DNA of 64,000 bases from Candidatus Aminicenantes bacterium (lineage in GTDB: Bacteria; Acidobacteriota; Aminicenantia; Aminicenantales; JAFGBC01): contig OY969696.1 in assembly GCA_963702005.1 (NCBI GenBank), forward strand, positions 672,001 to 736,000, written 5' to 3'. The notes beneath the pieces are model-generated. The model was not told the DNA's origin and ran no database searches. It saw only the letters and a list, made by a program, of their open reading frames with translations. The first letter of the stretch is position 1; the number at the start of each line of letters is the position of its first letter. Of the stretch, positions 43,794 to 52,310 are shown in pieces. The translations under genes and the position numbers were made by a program.

Positions 43794-45093
43794 AACAGTG
43801 AGAATTCTGGCTCGGATCGGGGTTGGGGCGCTGGCCCTTCTCGCCGTCGGCCTCGCCCTTCGCGCCGTCCTTAATTATTCCTACGGAAAGAAGCTGGAGT
43901 CTTTGCTTGCGGAGATGAAAGCGTCCGGGGCGCCCATGACGCCTAAGGACGTAGAGCCGACCTGCCCGGCCGGGGATAACGGCGCCCCTCTCTGGAATGC
44001 GGCCTCGGCCCTGCTGAATCTGGAGAACGAGGATAGAAGCCTCCTGGCCAACGGCTTCCTGGCTCTGAGATCTCGAAACGTGCCGGGTAACGATCTCAGG
44101 AGTTCCCTGGAATCGATCATCGCCAAGAATCAAAAAGCCATTCAGATGCTGTTGGAGGCGTCCCGGAAGCCTTGCTTCAAAGACGAGGAAAAATGGCTGG
44201 ATCCCAACAGGGACGGCTTCGCCGCCCGCTTGGTCAAAATCATCGGCGCCTCGAGGCTTTTGGCGCTGGACTCCGTTCTTAAGGCGGAGCAAGGCCGTAG
44301 CGAGGAGGCCGTCGCCGAGTGCCTGGCCGGCTTTCGCCTGATGAGAAGCGGCTTGGAGGACGCCTTCATGATCAACGACCTCGTTTTGGTGGCCTGTGCC
44401 AAGCAGCTCGTTCTTGCCCTGCAGGTCATCGCTTCGGGTCGGGAGCTTCCCGCTCCCCTTCTGTCACAGATCATCGCCGAACTCGACGGCTCGGTATGGC
44501 ATGACGGCATGATCCGGGCTTTGCGTATCGAACGCTTATTAATCCAGGACCACGGTCTTCGGGCGATTCGGGGGGAGGAGAAAAGCTCTTGGTCATGGCT
44601 TCTCCGGCCCATCATAAAATCCGAAATTATCTGGATGTCGTCTGTTTGGGACCGGATTATCCGGGACGCGCAGCGCCCTTATTATGAGAGCGATGGGCTG
44701 CGTCCTGCCATGGAGGATATCGAGAAGGACACTCCTTGGTATTTTCGGATGGCCGGGCTCCTCATCCCGAATGCGGCGTCCTTTGTTTTAAAAGAAGCAA
44801 CCCTCGAAGCCCTTCTGGATGTAACCCGCCTGGGGATCGCCTGCAAGATCTACAAGGCCAAACACGGCGTTTTCCCGGATTCGTTGACTCAGCTCGTCCC
44901 CGCCGTCCTGCCGGACCTCCCCGTAGATCCGTTCAGCGGGAAACCCTTCGTTTATAAAAAATCCGACTCCGGCTTCATCCTCTACAGCCTGGGGTCGAAT
45001 AAAAAGGATGACGGCGGACGGGAAACCTGGGACATCACCCAATTAGTTATGGACAAGGATGACGACTGGGCTTGGCGCGAAACGGCCCGCTGA
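43780..45093 (+). CDS. Membrane-anchored hypothetical protein with a C-terminal GspG/pilin-like motif
   Basis: N-terminal TM; 'YKAKHGVFPDSLTQLVP..LPVDPFSGKPFVY...LYSLG.N.KDDGG'. Confidence 0.75.
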   Translation: MMSSKTVRILARIGVGALALLAVGLALRAVLNYSYGKKLESLLAEMKASGAPMTPKDVEPTCPAGDNGAPLWNAASALLNLENEDRSLLANGFLALRSRNVPGNDLRSSLESIIAKNQKAIQMLLEASRKPCFKDEEKWLDPNRDGFAARLVKIIGASRLLALDSVLKAEQGRSEEAVAECLAGFRLMRSGLEDAFMINDLVLVACAKQLVLALQVIASGRELPAPLLSQIIAELDGSVWHDGMIRALRIERLLIQDHGLRAIRGEEKSSWSWLLRPIIKSEIIWMSSVWDRIIRDAQRPYYESDGLRPAMEDIEKDTPWYFRMAGLLIPNAASFVLKEATLEALLDVTRLGIACKIYKAKHGVFPDSLTQLVPAVLPDLPVDPFSGKPFVYKKSDSGFILYSLGSNKKDDGGRETWDITQLVMDKDDDWAWRETAR

Positions 45094-45117
45094 GCCGGAC
45101 CCCTCCTTGAATTGCAC

Positions 45118-45723
45118 GAAAGCTTTACAGGCTGCCCCGTGGCTTGCCACGGGGTGGAATGTATGCCTTGCCGAGGGGGTGATAAGGGGGACCGGAAAGT
45201 CCCCCTTATCCACAAAGGCCCTTGCTCGGGAGTGTGGTAAAGTATATGGGTGACGCTGAAACGGACGAGTCATTCGGTCTACGACACGTCCTACCATCTG
45301 GTCTGGTGTCCGAAGTACCGGAAGAAGATTTTCGAGCGGGTGGAAGTCCGGGAACGAGCGAAACAGATCGTGGGAGAGATTTGCGAATCGTACGATATTG
45401 AAATCATCGAGATGGAAATTACCGAAGATCATATTCATTTGCTAGTATCATTTCCGCCATCGCGATCGATCGGGGAGGTCGTCAGGATCATAAAGAGCAT
45501 GAGTGGGAGGGGGTTGTTTCGCGAGTTTGCGGGCTTGAAAAAGAAGCTGTGGGGCGGGGAAGTGTGGGAGGACGGATATTTCGCAAGGACGGTCGGAGAC
45601 CGGATGACGAGGGATGTGATCGCGAAGTACATCGTCAGTCACCGAGAACTGGAGCAAGGGCCTGCGCAGCTGGCCTTGAAGCTGCGCTCCTAATGCCCCG
45701 CGGCTTGCCGCGGGGATCTTTAC
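45118..45723 (+). mobile_element. IS200-type insertion sequence (tnpA only)
   Basis: Subterminal hairpins at 45135-45154 and 45696-45715; left target GCAC, right end TTAC. Confidence 0.9.
45250..45693 (+). CDS. tnpA: IS200/IS605 family Y1 transposase
   Basis: YHLVWCPKYR, DHIH (HUH), W..GYF, catalytic Y in KYI. Confidence 0.95.
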   Translation: MTLKRTSHSVYDTSYHLVWCPKYRKKIFERVEVRERAKQIVGEICESYDIEIIEMEITEDHIHLLVSFPPSRSIGEVVRIIKSMSGRGLFREFAGLKKKLWGGEVWEDGYFARTVGDRMTRDVIAKYIVSHRELEQGPAQLALKLRS

Positions 45724-45751
45724 TTTGTGACAAAGTGTAGGTTTGACCCCG
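45724..45751. repeat. Right half of a RAYT-family repeat interrupted by the IS200
   Basis: TTTGTGACAAAGTGTAGGTTTGACCCCG; left half CTTGAATTGCAC at 45106-45117. Confidence 0.85.
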
Positions 45752-45758
45752 AGCAGGA

Positions 45759-47969
45759 TCAGCGGAACAGGCCGGCCAGGTAGGGGCCGAGGCCGGTCTG
45801 CGTCGCGATCTTGAGCGCTTCCTCGGGCGGAACCGGACTTTTCCGGCGCAACGACTCGAGGATGCGGATGATGGAGTAAGCGACTTCGGCCGTCTGTCCC
45901 GCTTCTTTCCTCTTCGTCTTGAGATAGCCGATGGCGTCGAACAAGACGGCGTTGGCCTCCCCGTAGCCGACGGGCTTCCGGCGGCCGTAAAGGCGGACCC
46001 ATTGGGGTTGGCTCAAAACGTCGTTGACGTGCATCAGGATGAGCGAGGTCGCCCGGCCGATCAGCTTGAGGTTGCTCGGGCTGACGTTGACCATCGTGTT
46101 CCCGATGACCCTGCCCAGCCGGGCCATGACGGCCGTCGAGTGGGCGTTGAGGAGCATTTTGAGCCCGACCTGCTCCCCGAGCCGGAGCGGGTCATCCTCG
46201 GTCTCGGCCGCGATCTGAACGAAAGGCGAGGACTTGGACAAAAGGCCCTTCTGGACCAGGGCCTCGCGGAGCCCGGCCGCACCTTGAACGGATCCGCCGG
46301 CCAGGATGAGGGCCGTCCCGGCGTCCTTTTTCGCGAAGAGTCCGAGGAACGCGCGGGAAGGAGACGTTTCATTCTTCAACTCCTCGACCTCCGGTCCGAG
46401 AGCGATGGCAACCCCAAGGTCGTCCCGGCCGGGCCCCCGCTTGACGATGTTCGGCTCGGCGAATGAGAAGTCGTATTGGTACTGCTGATCGTCGCCGGCC
46501 CGCTTCAGGCTTTCCAGCGCGGCCGTCCGCAGGTAAGGATCCTCGATCTCCTCCTCGAACGGCTTTTGATAGAGGCCGGCCGAGAGTCCTCGAAATGGCC
46601 TCCCTAAAAATGCCCTCCAAGCGGCCCCCAGATCCGGCGCCGGAGTCCAGACCTGGATCCAGCATTTCCGCTTCGGCTCGTAGACGGTATCAAGGGGATA
46701 GAGCCGGAAGGTCGGGCTTCGTTCCGTGCCGTCTATGAAGACGGTGATCAGGCCGTCTGCGGCGAAATAAGTCGAGAAGCGGCCGGCGGCGTAGGCGTCG
46801 GATTCGCGCAACGTGAGGTCCGCCAGCGCCGGGATGCTCGATTGGACCGCCTCGTGGAGAGGGGCGAACCTCAGGAGCCTGTCGCTGAGTGGCGTCTCGT
46901 CCAAGGCAAAGCCGAGCCTCGCCATCTCCTTGGGCGCCAGGACCGTCCTCAGAGCCCTGTCCAGGGCGGTTTCCAGGACCGTCCCGATGACCCAGGTTTC
47001 GATCGTCGTGGCCTGCATTCGGGTCGAGCCCGTGATGGCCTGGGGGCCGGTCGTCAGGTTGATCTTGGTGATGCCCGGGTCCTGGAGGACTTTCCGGCTC
47101 CGTTCGAGAGGGAGGAGCTTATCGTCGGGGTTGTTGTAGATGAAGTACAGGCTGAACCGGCTTTCGCCGGCGTCGACGGCTCCCGGCGCCGTCCAGTCTC
47201 CGCGCGCGGCCAGGATGGTCCCGATGACCGACGAGGTCTCCCCGCCCTCCGTGACGCAGATGACGACATCGCCTTTTTTGATCCCTCGGTCCCGGAGCTG
47301 GAGCCGGCCGATGAGTTGAAGATCTTCGAAGCCTTCGAGAGAGCTGATCAGGGCCCGGTCGCCGCCCGTCATCTCTCCGATCAGGCGCCCCTCGGCATCC
47401 CCGCCGAAGCGGGCTCCGAGCTTGGCCCCGACCTTGGTTTCGGCCGCGGCCTTCCTCCAGAACGGCCTCCACAGGCCGCTTTCCATCTGCTTGGCCAGCC
47501 GGCCCGTGGCGCCGCAGCCGTAGATGTAGACGGAGCGGCCTTGGAGGAGGGCTCCCTCGACGGCCCGGGCCATCTGCTCGAGCCCGGCCGGGTCGGCGGC
47601 GAGGCTGTCGAGCTTGTCGACGATGTCCTGGTCGACCGAGACGATCATCCGGAGTCCGGCCGCCGCGTCCTTTCCGACCCGCTCGCTCAGGTTCCACGTC
47701 TTAGGATGCCGCTGCTCGGTCAGAAGGTCGTGGAGCTGGAATTGGGTTTTGTTCTGGACGTAGTCGATCGATTCGGCCGAGGCCTCGATGCCCAGGAATT
47801 TGAGGAGGCTCGTCTCGACCGAAGGCGGAGCCGTCTGTTCCTGGCCTCGCCCGGCCGCCAGGAAACCCGGCCGGCCCGGAGCGCAGACGAAGAGGGCGAG
47901 AATCAGCAACGAACCCAGGATGCGGGCGGTCCGGACGGCGCCCTCCTCATCCGTACTGATGCTGGTCAT
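45759..47969 (-). CDS. Large SIS-domain protein, MurQ/glucokinase-regulatory-protein-like, with a putative signal peptide
   Basis: GCGATGRL, GGDRAL..EGFED, EGGET, TGPQAITGSTRMQATT, LNAHST..M..LG...NxMV.V.PSNLKL. Confidence 0.8.
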   Translation of the reverse strand: MTSISTDEEGAVRTARILGSLLILALFVCAPGRPGFLAAGRGQEQTAPPSVETSLLKFLGIEASAESIDYVQNKTQFQLHDLLTEQRHPKTWNLSERVGKDAAAGLRMIVSVDQDIVDKLDSLAADPAGLEQMARAVEGALLQGRSVYIYGCGATGRLAKQMESGLWRPFWRKAAAETKVGAKLGARFGGDAEGRLIGEMTGGDRALISSLEGFEDLQLIGRLQLRDRGIKKGDVVICVTEGGETSSVIGTILAARGDWTAPGAVDAGESRFSLYFIYNNPDDKLLPLERSRKVLQDPGITKINLTTGPQAITGSTRMQATTIETWVIGTVLETALDRALRTVLAPKEMARLGFALDETPLSDRLLRFAPLHEAVQSSIPALADLTLRESDAYAAGRFSTYFAADGLITVFIDGTERSPTFRLYPLDTVYEPKRKCWIQVWTPAPDLGAAWRAFLGRPFRGLSAGLYQKPFEEEIEDPYLRTAALESLKRAGDDQQYQYDFSFAEPNIVKRGPGRDDLGVAIALGPEVEELKNETSPSRAFLGLFAKKDAGTALILAGGSVQGAAGLREALVQKGLLSKSSPFVQIAAETEDDPLRLGEQVGLKMLLNAHSTAVMARLGRVIGNTMVNVSPSNLKLIGRATSLILMHVNDVLSQPQWVRLYGRRKPVGYGEANAVLFDAIGYLKTKRKEAGQTAEVAYSIIRILESLRRKSPVPPEEALKIATQTGLGPYLAGLFR

Positions 47970-48456
47970 CGAGGATGTCTCCTTCGCGCCAGGACTTGGC
48001 CCAGTCCTCGACCTTGGAGACGAGGAAGCGTCCGTCGGCCGTGGAGCAGACCACTCGGATCAGGCCCGCGTTGATGAGCATTTTCTTGCAGATGAAGCAG
48101 GGGAAGGCGTCGATGACCGCCCCGCTCTCCGGGACGGTCCCGAAAATATACATGTCGCCGCCCAGGAGGCTCACGCCGGCCCGGGCCGCGTTGATGATGG
48201 CGTTCTGCTCGGCGTGGACGCTCCGGCACAGCTCGTAGCGCTGGCCGTGGGGAATGCCGAGCTTATCGCGAAGGCAGGAGCCGTGCTCGAGACTGTCGCG
48301 GGTTTTGCGGGGAGCCCCGGCGTAGCCGGTCGAGACGATCTGGTCGTCGCGGACGATCAGGGCGCCGATCGAACGCCGGTAGCAGGTGCTGCGGCGGGCG
48401 ACCTCCCGGGCGATCCCGAGATAGTACTCGTCCTTGGAGATCCGTGGAGCCGTCAT
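47947..48456 (-). CDS. dCMP deaminase family protein
   Basis: RSTC.RR.IGA, HAEQNA, PCFIC. Confidence 0.92.
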   Translation of the reverse strand: MTAPRISKDEYYLGIAREVARRSTCYRRSIGALIVRDDQIVSTGYAGAPRKTRDSLEHGSCLRDKLGIPHGQRYELCRSVHAEQNAIINAARAGVSLLGGDMYIFGTVPESGAVIDAFPCFICKKMLINAGLIRVVCSTADGRFLVSKVEDWAKSWREGDILDDQHQYG

Positions 48457-48998
48457 GCGAACACCTCCAGCTTGCGATATAGGTTCTCGAGCGTGCCGTC
48501 GTTGATGACGAGGGCATCGGCGAGCTCCCGGCAGCGCCGGAGTTGCTGGCCGGTCGGCGAGCCCTCCATCTCCTCACGCTCTTTGGCGATGAACTCGTCC
48601 AAGGTCCGGGCCGATTCGTCCCGCCCCCGCTTCCGGACGCGCTCGTAGCGGACCTTGACCGGCGCGTCAACGGCCAGGAGGCGGAAGTCCGGCCGGGTTC
48701 GGAAAAAGGCGATCTCATCGGGATTCCTGATGCTGTCGATGACCGATCGCCCCGCGAGGACGGCCATGATCCGGCGGGCCAGGACGTCGGCGCCCTGGGA
48801 GGCTCGAAGGGCGTTCCCGATCCGGATGAGGTTGTCCCTGGTGACGGCTTCGCCCCGGGCCGAGAGCTCGGCGCGGAGGACGTCGGACAGGGAGTGGTAG
48901 GCGAAACCCTTCCGGATGAAATAGGCGGCGACCTCGCCCTTGCCGGCTCCGTTGGTTCCGGTCAGGCCGATCAGACGAACGTCCGGCTTGTCGATCAT
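48453..48998 (-). CDS. P-loop nucleotide kinase (dephospho-CoA kinase-like/AAA_17)
   Basis: GLTGTNGAGKG, DSIRN..E, R..R...RGR, INDGTL. Confidence 0.85.
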   Translation of the reverse strand: MIDKPDVRLIGLTGTNGAGKGEVAAYFIRKGFAYHSLSDVLRAELSARGEAVTRDNLIRIGNALRASQGADVLARRIMAVLAGRSVIDSIRNPDEIAFFRTRPDFRLLAVDAPVKVRYERVRKRGRDESARTLDEFIAKEREEMEGSPTGQQLRRCRELADALVINDGTLENLYRKLEVFA

Positions 48999-49016
48999 GG
49001 ATTCATCGGCGATGTT

Positions 49017-49808
49017 TTATCCGGCCGGGTCGCTCCCGGTCGCGCCCTTGCCGGCTTTGCGCGCCCGGCGCTCCTTCCGTTCTTTTCCGAACAGGAAGGC
49101 GATTAGAATGCCCAGGGCGTAGAGGATCAGCATGGGGAGGGCGAGAATCGTCTGGTTGACCGGATCGGGAGTCGGCGTGATGACGGCGGCGATGATGAAG
49201 ACGGCCAAGATCGCATACTGGAAATTCTTGAGCATCCAGCGCGACGTCACGATCCCCATTCGCGACAGGAAGAAGATCAGGGTCGGCGTCTCGAAGACCG
49301 CCCCGATGCCCAGCAGGAGTTTGATGATCAGGCCGAAATATTCGTCCACCTTGATGACGGCCTGAAAATCCCGGCCCATCTGGAGGAAAAAGCGGCAGGC
49401 GTAGGGGAAGACGATGAAATAGCCGAACAGAGCTCCCAGCAGGAAGAACGCCGTCGTGAACAGGACGAACGGCAAGACGTATTTCTTTTCTTTTTGGTAA
49501 AGGCCGGGGGCGATGAAGTACCAGAGCTGGAGGAAGACGACGGGCGCAGCCAGGAATGCCGCCGTCAGGAAGGCGACCTTCATGTAAAGGACGAACGGCG
49601 CCGTCAGGGCCGTGAAGGCCAGCTTCTGTCCGGGGGGCAGATATTTGGTGACCGGCCGGGCCAGGATGGTGAAGATGTCCTTGGCGAAGATCGCGCTGGG
49701 GATGACGGCGATGACGATCGCGATGAGCGCGTAAAAAATTCTTTTGCGGAGATCCTCGAGGTGCTCGAGGAAGGTCATCTCGTCAGGAGGTTTTTTGGCC
49801 TTCCCCAT
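49017..49808 (-). CDS. tatC: Twin-arginine translocase subunit
   Basis: EHLEDLR, FIAPGLY..EK, FETP, ITPTPD. Confidence 0.95.
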   Translation of the reverse strand: MGKAKKPPDEMTFLEHLEDLRKRIFYALIAIVIAVIPSAIFAKDIFTILARPVTKYLPPGQKLAFTALTAPFVLYMKVAFLTAAFLAAPVVFLQLWYFIAPGLYQKEKKYVLPFVLFTTAFFLLGALFGYFIVFPYACRFFLQMGRDFQAVIKVDEYFGLIIKLLLGIGAVFETPTLIFFLSRMGIVTSRWMLKNFQYAILAVFIIAAVITPTPDPVNQTILALPMLILYALGILIAFLFGKERKERRARKAGKGATGSDPAG

Positions 49809-50109
49809 CCGCCTGATCGTCCTTCTTAGGGGAGTCTCCGACGGGGCGTGGGGAATCCTCCCCGGCGAGGGCCGTCGGGATGCTCTTAATGTCCTGGAAA
49901 TCCTTGCGGAGGTCGTCCGCGACGCCCTTGATCTCCGAGGCTTGAATCTCGTCCTCGATCCGCCCCCGGATCTCCTCCGAGGTTTTCTTGAACTCTCTCA
50001 TGGCTTTGCCCAAGGATTTCCCGACTTCGGGGAGCTTCTTCGGTCCGAAGACAAGCAGGGCGACGGCCAGGATGATTAAAAGTTCCGGAATACCGATGCT
50101 GCCGAACAT
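49783..50109 (-). CDS. tatA: Twin-arginine translocase TatA/B subunit
   Basis: IGIPELLIIL...FGPKKLP..GK..G...REFK. Confidence 0.92.
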   Translation of the reverse strand: MFGSIGIPELLIILAVALLVFGPKKLPEVGKSLGKAMREFKKTSEEIRGRIEDEIQASEIKGVADDLRKDFQDIKSIPTALAGEDSPRPVGDSPKKDDQADGEGQKTS

Positions 50110-50229
50110 GTTTCGCTCTCGTGACAACAGCCACTATAAACCCTCGTTTTCCCGAAGTCAATACGGGCGGCCGCCGGCGACTTTACAAGGCGCGGCCCCT
50201 TTGGTAAGATGTTCATTCAACGGCGACCC

Positions 50230-51798
50230 ATGACAAAGAAACTCGCGCTGACGGCGGTCCTGCTCGCCTCCTTCCTCCACCTGGCGGCCGGGGGGAAGGG
50301 CGATTGGACCGCGGCCGTCGATAAGGCGGAATCGATCGCCGCCCTCGTCGAGAAGAACTATGTCCAGCCTCTGGAGCCCCAAAAGCTGGCCTTCGCCTCG
50401 ATCCGGGGCGCCCTGGAAACCCTGGACCCCCACTCCTATTTTGTGGACCCGGAGATGCGTTCCCGGATGACGGAGGAATACACCGGGAAGTTCTACGGGC
50501 TGGGGATCCAGATCACAAAGCAGGAGGACCGGCTGGTCGTCATCGCCTGCATCGAGGGGACCCCGGCCTCGCGGCTGGGCATCCAGCCGGGGGACGTCAT
50601 CGCCACCATCGACGGCGAAAGCACCAAGCCATTGACCAGCTTCGACGCCATGCAGAAGCTGCGCGGTCTCAAGGGGACCAAGGTCACCATCACGATCGTC
50701 CGCGAAGGCTTCGCCGAGCCGTTCGAGCTCACCGTCATCCGCGAGGAGATCCCCCTTCGCAGCGTCTCCTACGCCTTCCTGCTCGACGAAAAGGTCGGCT
50801 ATATCTACCTCAGGTCGTTCAGCGAAACGACGGTCCCCGAGGTCGAGGCCAAGATAAGCGAGCTCCTGGCTCAGGGCATGGAGAGCCTCATCCTGGATCT
50901 TCGCTGGGACCAGGGCGGCCCCTTTTTCCCGTCCCTGGAGCTGGCCGACGAGTTCTTGCCGAAAGGTTCGCTGATCGTGTCCATCCGGGGCCGCAACAAG
51001 GGCTACGACCGCGAGTTCCGGGCCCTCCGGGACGGCCAGCATGAACGGCTTCCGCTGGTCGTCCTGGTCAATCAAATCAGCGCCAGCGCTTCGGAAATCG
51101 TGGCCGGGGCGATCATGGACAACGACCGCGGCCTTATCGTCGGCGAGGACTCTTGGGGCAAGGGGCTTGTCCAGACCGTTTTCATGCTCGGGCCGAACAG
51201 GGACATGGCCGTCGCCCTGACCACGGCGAAATATTACACGCCGAGCGGCCGCTCAATCCAGCGGGACTACAGCCGGATCGAGGACTACTACATGAACACG
51301 GGAGTTCCCGTCGAATCGCGCGAGGTTCGCTTCACGTCGCGGGGCCGCAAGGTCCTCGGCCAGGGCGGCATCACGCCCGACTATAAAGTCCCGCTGACCC
51401 TGAAGGCCTTGACAGCGGAGTTGACCTTCCGCGGGGCCTTTTTCAGCTACGGCCGCAAGTTCGTCGCCCACCAGACCCCCCTGTCCAAATCTTACATCCT
51501 TCCCCAAGATAAGGGGACGCCCGAGGAGGCGGCCGGCCGGACGATCGTTCTGGACAAGTCCTTCACGGCCGGACCCGAGGTCGTCAACGATTTCAAGGAC
51601 TATCTCCAGTCCCTGAAGATCGAATACAGCCCCGAGAGGTTCGCCGAGGCCGAGGACGAAATAAAAAAGGAGATCGAGCGCGAGGTCGTGTCCTCTGCCT
51701 GGAACCTCGAGGAGGGGATGCGGGTTTACCGGCGGAAGGACCCCGTCGTCCAAAAGGCCATCGCGGCTATGCCCGAAGCCGCCGGGTTCCTCCGCTGA
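50230..51798 (+). CDS. ctpA: S41A C-terminal processing protease
   Basis: LDPHS, PDZ domain, SASASE, GKGLVQ, YYTPSGRSIQ, GITPD. Confidence 0.92.
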   Translation: MTKKLALTAVLLASFLHLAAGGKGDWTAAVDKAESIAALVEKNYVQPLEPQKLAFASIRGALETLDPHSYFVDPEMRSRMTEEYTGKFYGLGIQITKQEDRLVVIACIEGTPASRLGIQPGDVIATIDGESTKPLTSFDAMQKLRGLKGTKVTITIVREGFAEPFELTVIREEIPLRSVSYAFLLDEKVGYIYLRSFSETTVPEVEAKISELLAQGMESLILDLRWDQGGPFFPSLELADEFLPKGSLIVSIRGRNKGYDREFRALRDGQHERLPLVVLVNQISASASEIVAGAIMDNDRGLIVGEDSWGKGLVQTVFMLGPNRDMAVALTTAKYYTPSGRSIQRDYSRIEDYYMNTGVPVESREVRFTSRGRKVLGQGGITPDYKVPLTLKALTAELTFRGAFFSYGRKFVAHQTPLSKSYILPQDKGTPEEAAGRTIVLDKSFTAGPEVVNDFKDYLQSLKIEYSPERFAEAEDEIKKEIEREVVSSAWNLEEGMRVYRRKDPVVQKAIAAMPEAAGFLR

Positions 51799-51860
51799 AC
51801 CGGGACCGAGGGGGCCGGGATGCTCGACCGTTCGGAGCCGTTTTGGACATGGAGGCCGAG

Positions 51861-52310
51861 ATGAAAATCGTCCTGGCATCGGATCATGCCGGGTATGACT
51901 TGAAGATGGGAATCGCGGACTTCCTGGCCGGGCGGGAGATCGAGATCCTCGACGTCGGCTGCGGGCCGGGGGAGTCCGTCGACTACGTCGATTTCGGGGC
52001 CAAGGCTGCGGCTAGTCTCGCTCGGGGGGAGCAGAACCTGGCGATCCTCTTCTGCGGGACGGGTATGGGCATGGCCGTCGTCGCCAATAAGTTCAAGGGC
52101 GTCCGGGCGACCCCGTGCTGGAGCGTCTATACGGCCGAGATGAGCCGGAAGCACAACGACGCCAATTGCCTGACGATGGGCGGGCGCGTCCTGAGCCTTG
52201 AAGAAGCCAAGGCCATCGTCACCACCTGGCTGAGGACGGCTTTCGAGGGTGGGCGCCACGGCCGGCGGGTCGATAAAATCCGCCTCCTGGAAAGCGGAAA
52301 CTTCAAATGA
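51861..52310 (+). CDS. rpiB: Ribose-5-phosphate isomerase B
   Basis: ASDHAG, CGTGMG, ANK..GVRA, HNDAN, FEGGRH. Confidence 0.95.
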   Translation: MKIVLASDHAGYDLKMGIADFLAGREIEILDVGCGPGESVDYVDFGAKAAASLARGEQNLAILFCGTGMGMAVVANKFKGVRATPCWSVYTAEMSRKHNDANCLTMGGRVLSLEEAKAIVTTWLRTAFEGGRHGRRVDKIRLLESGNFK

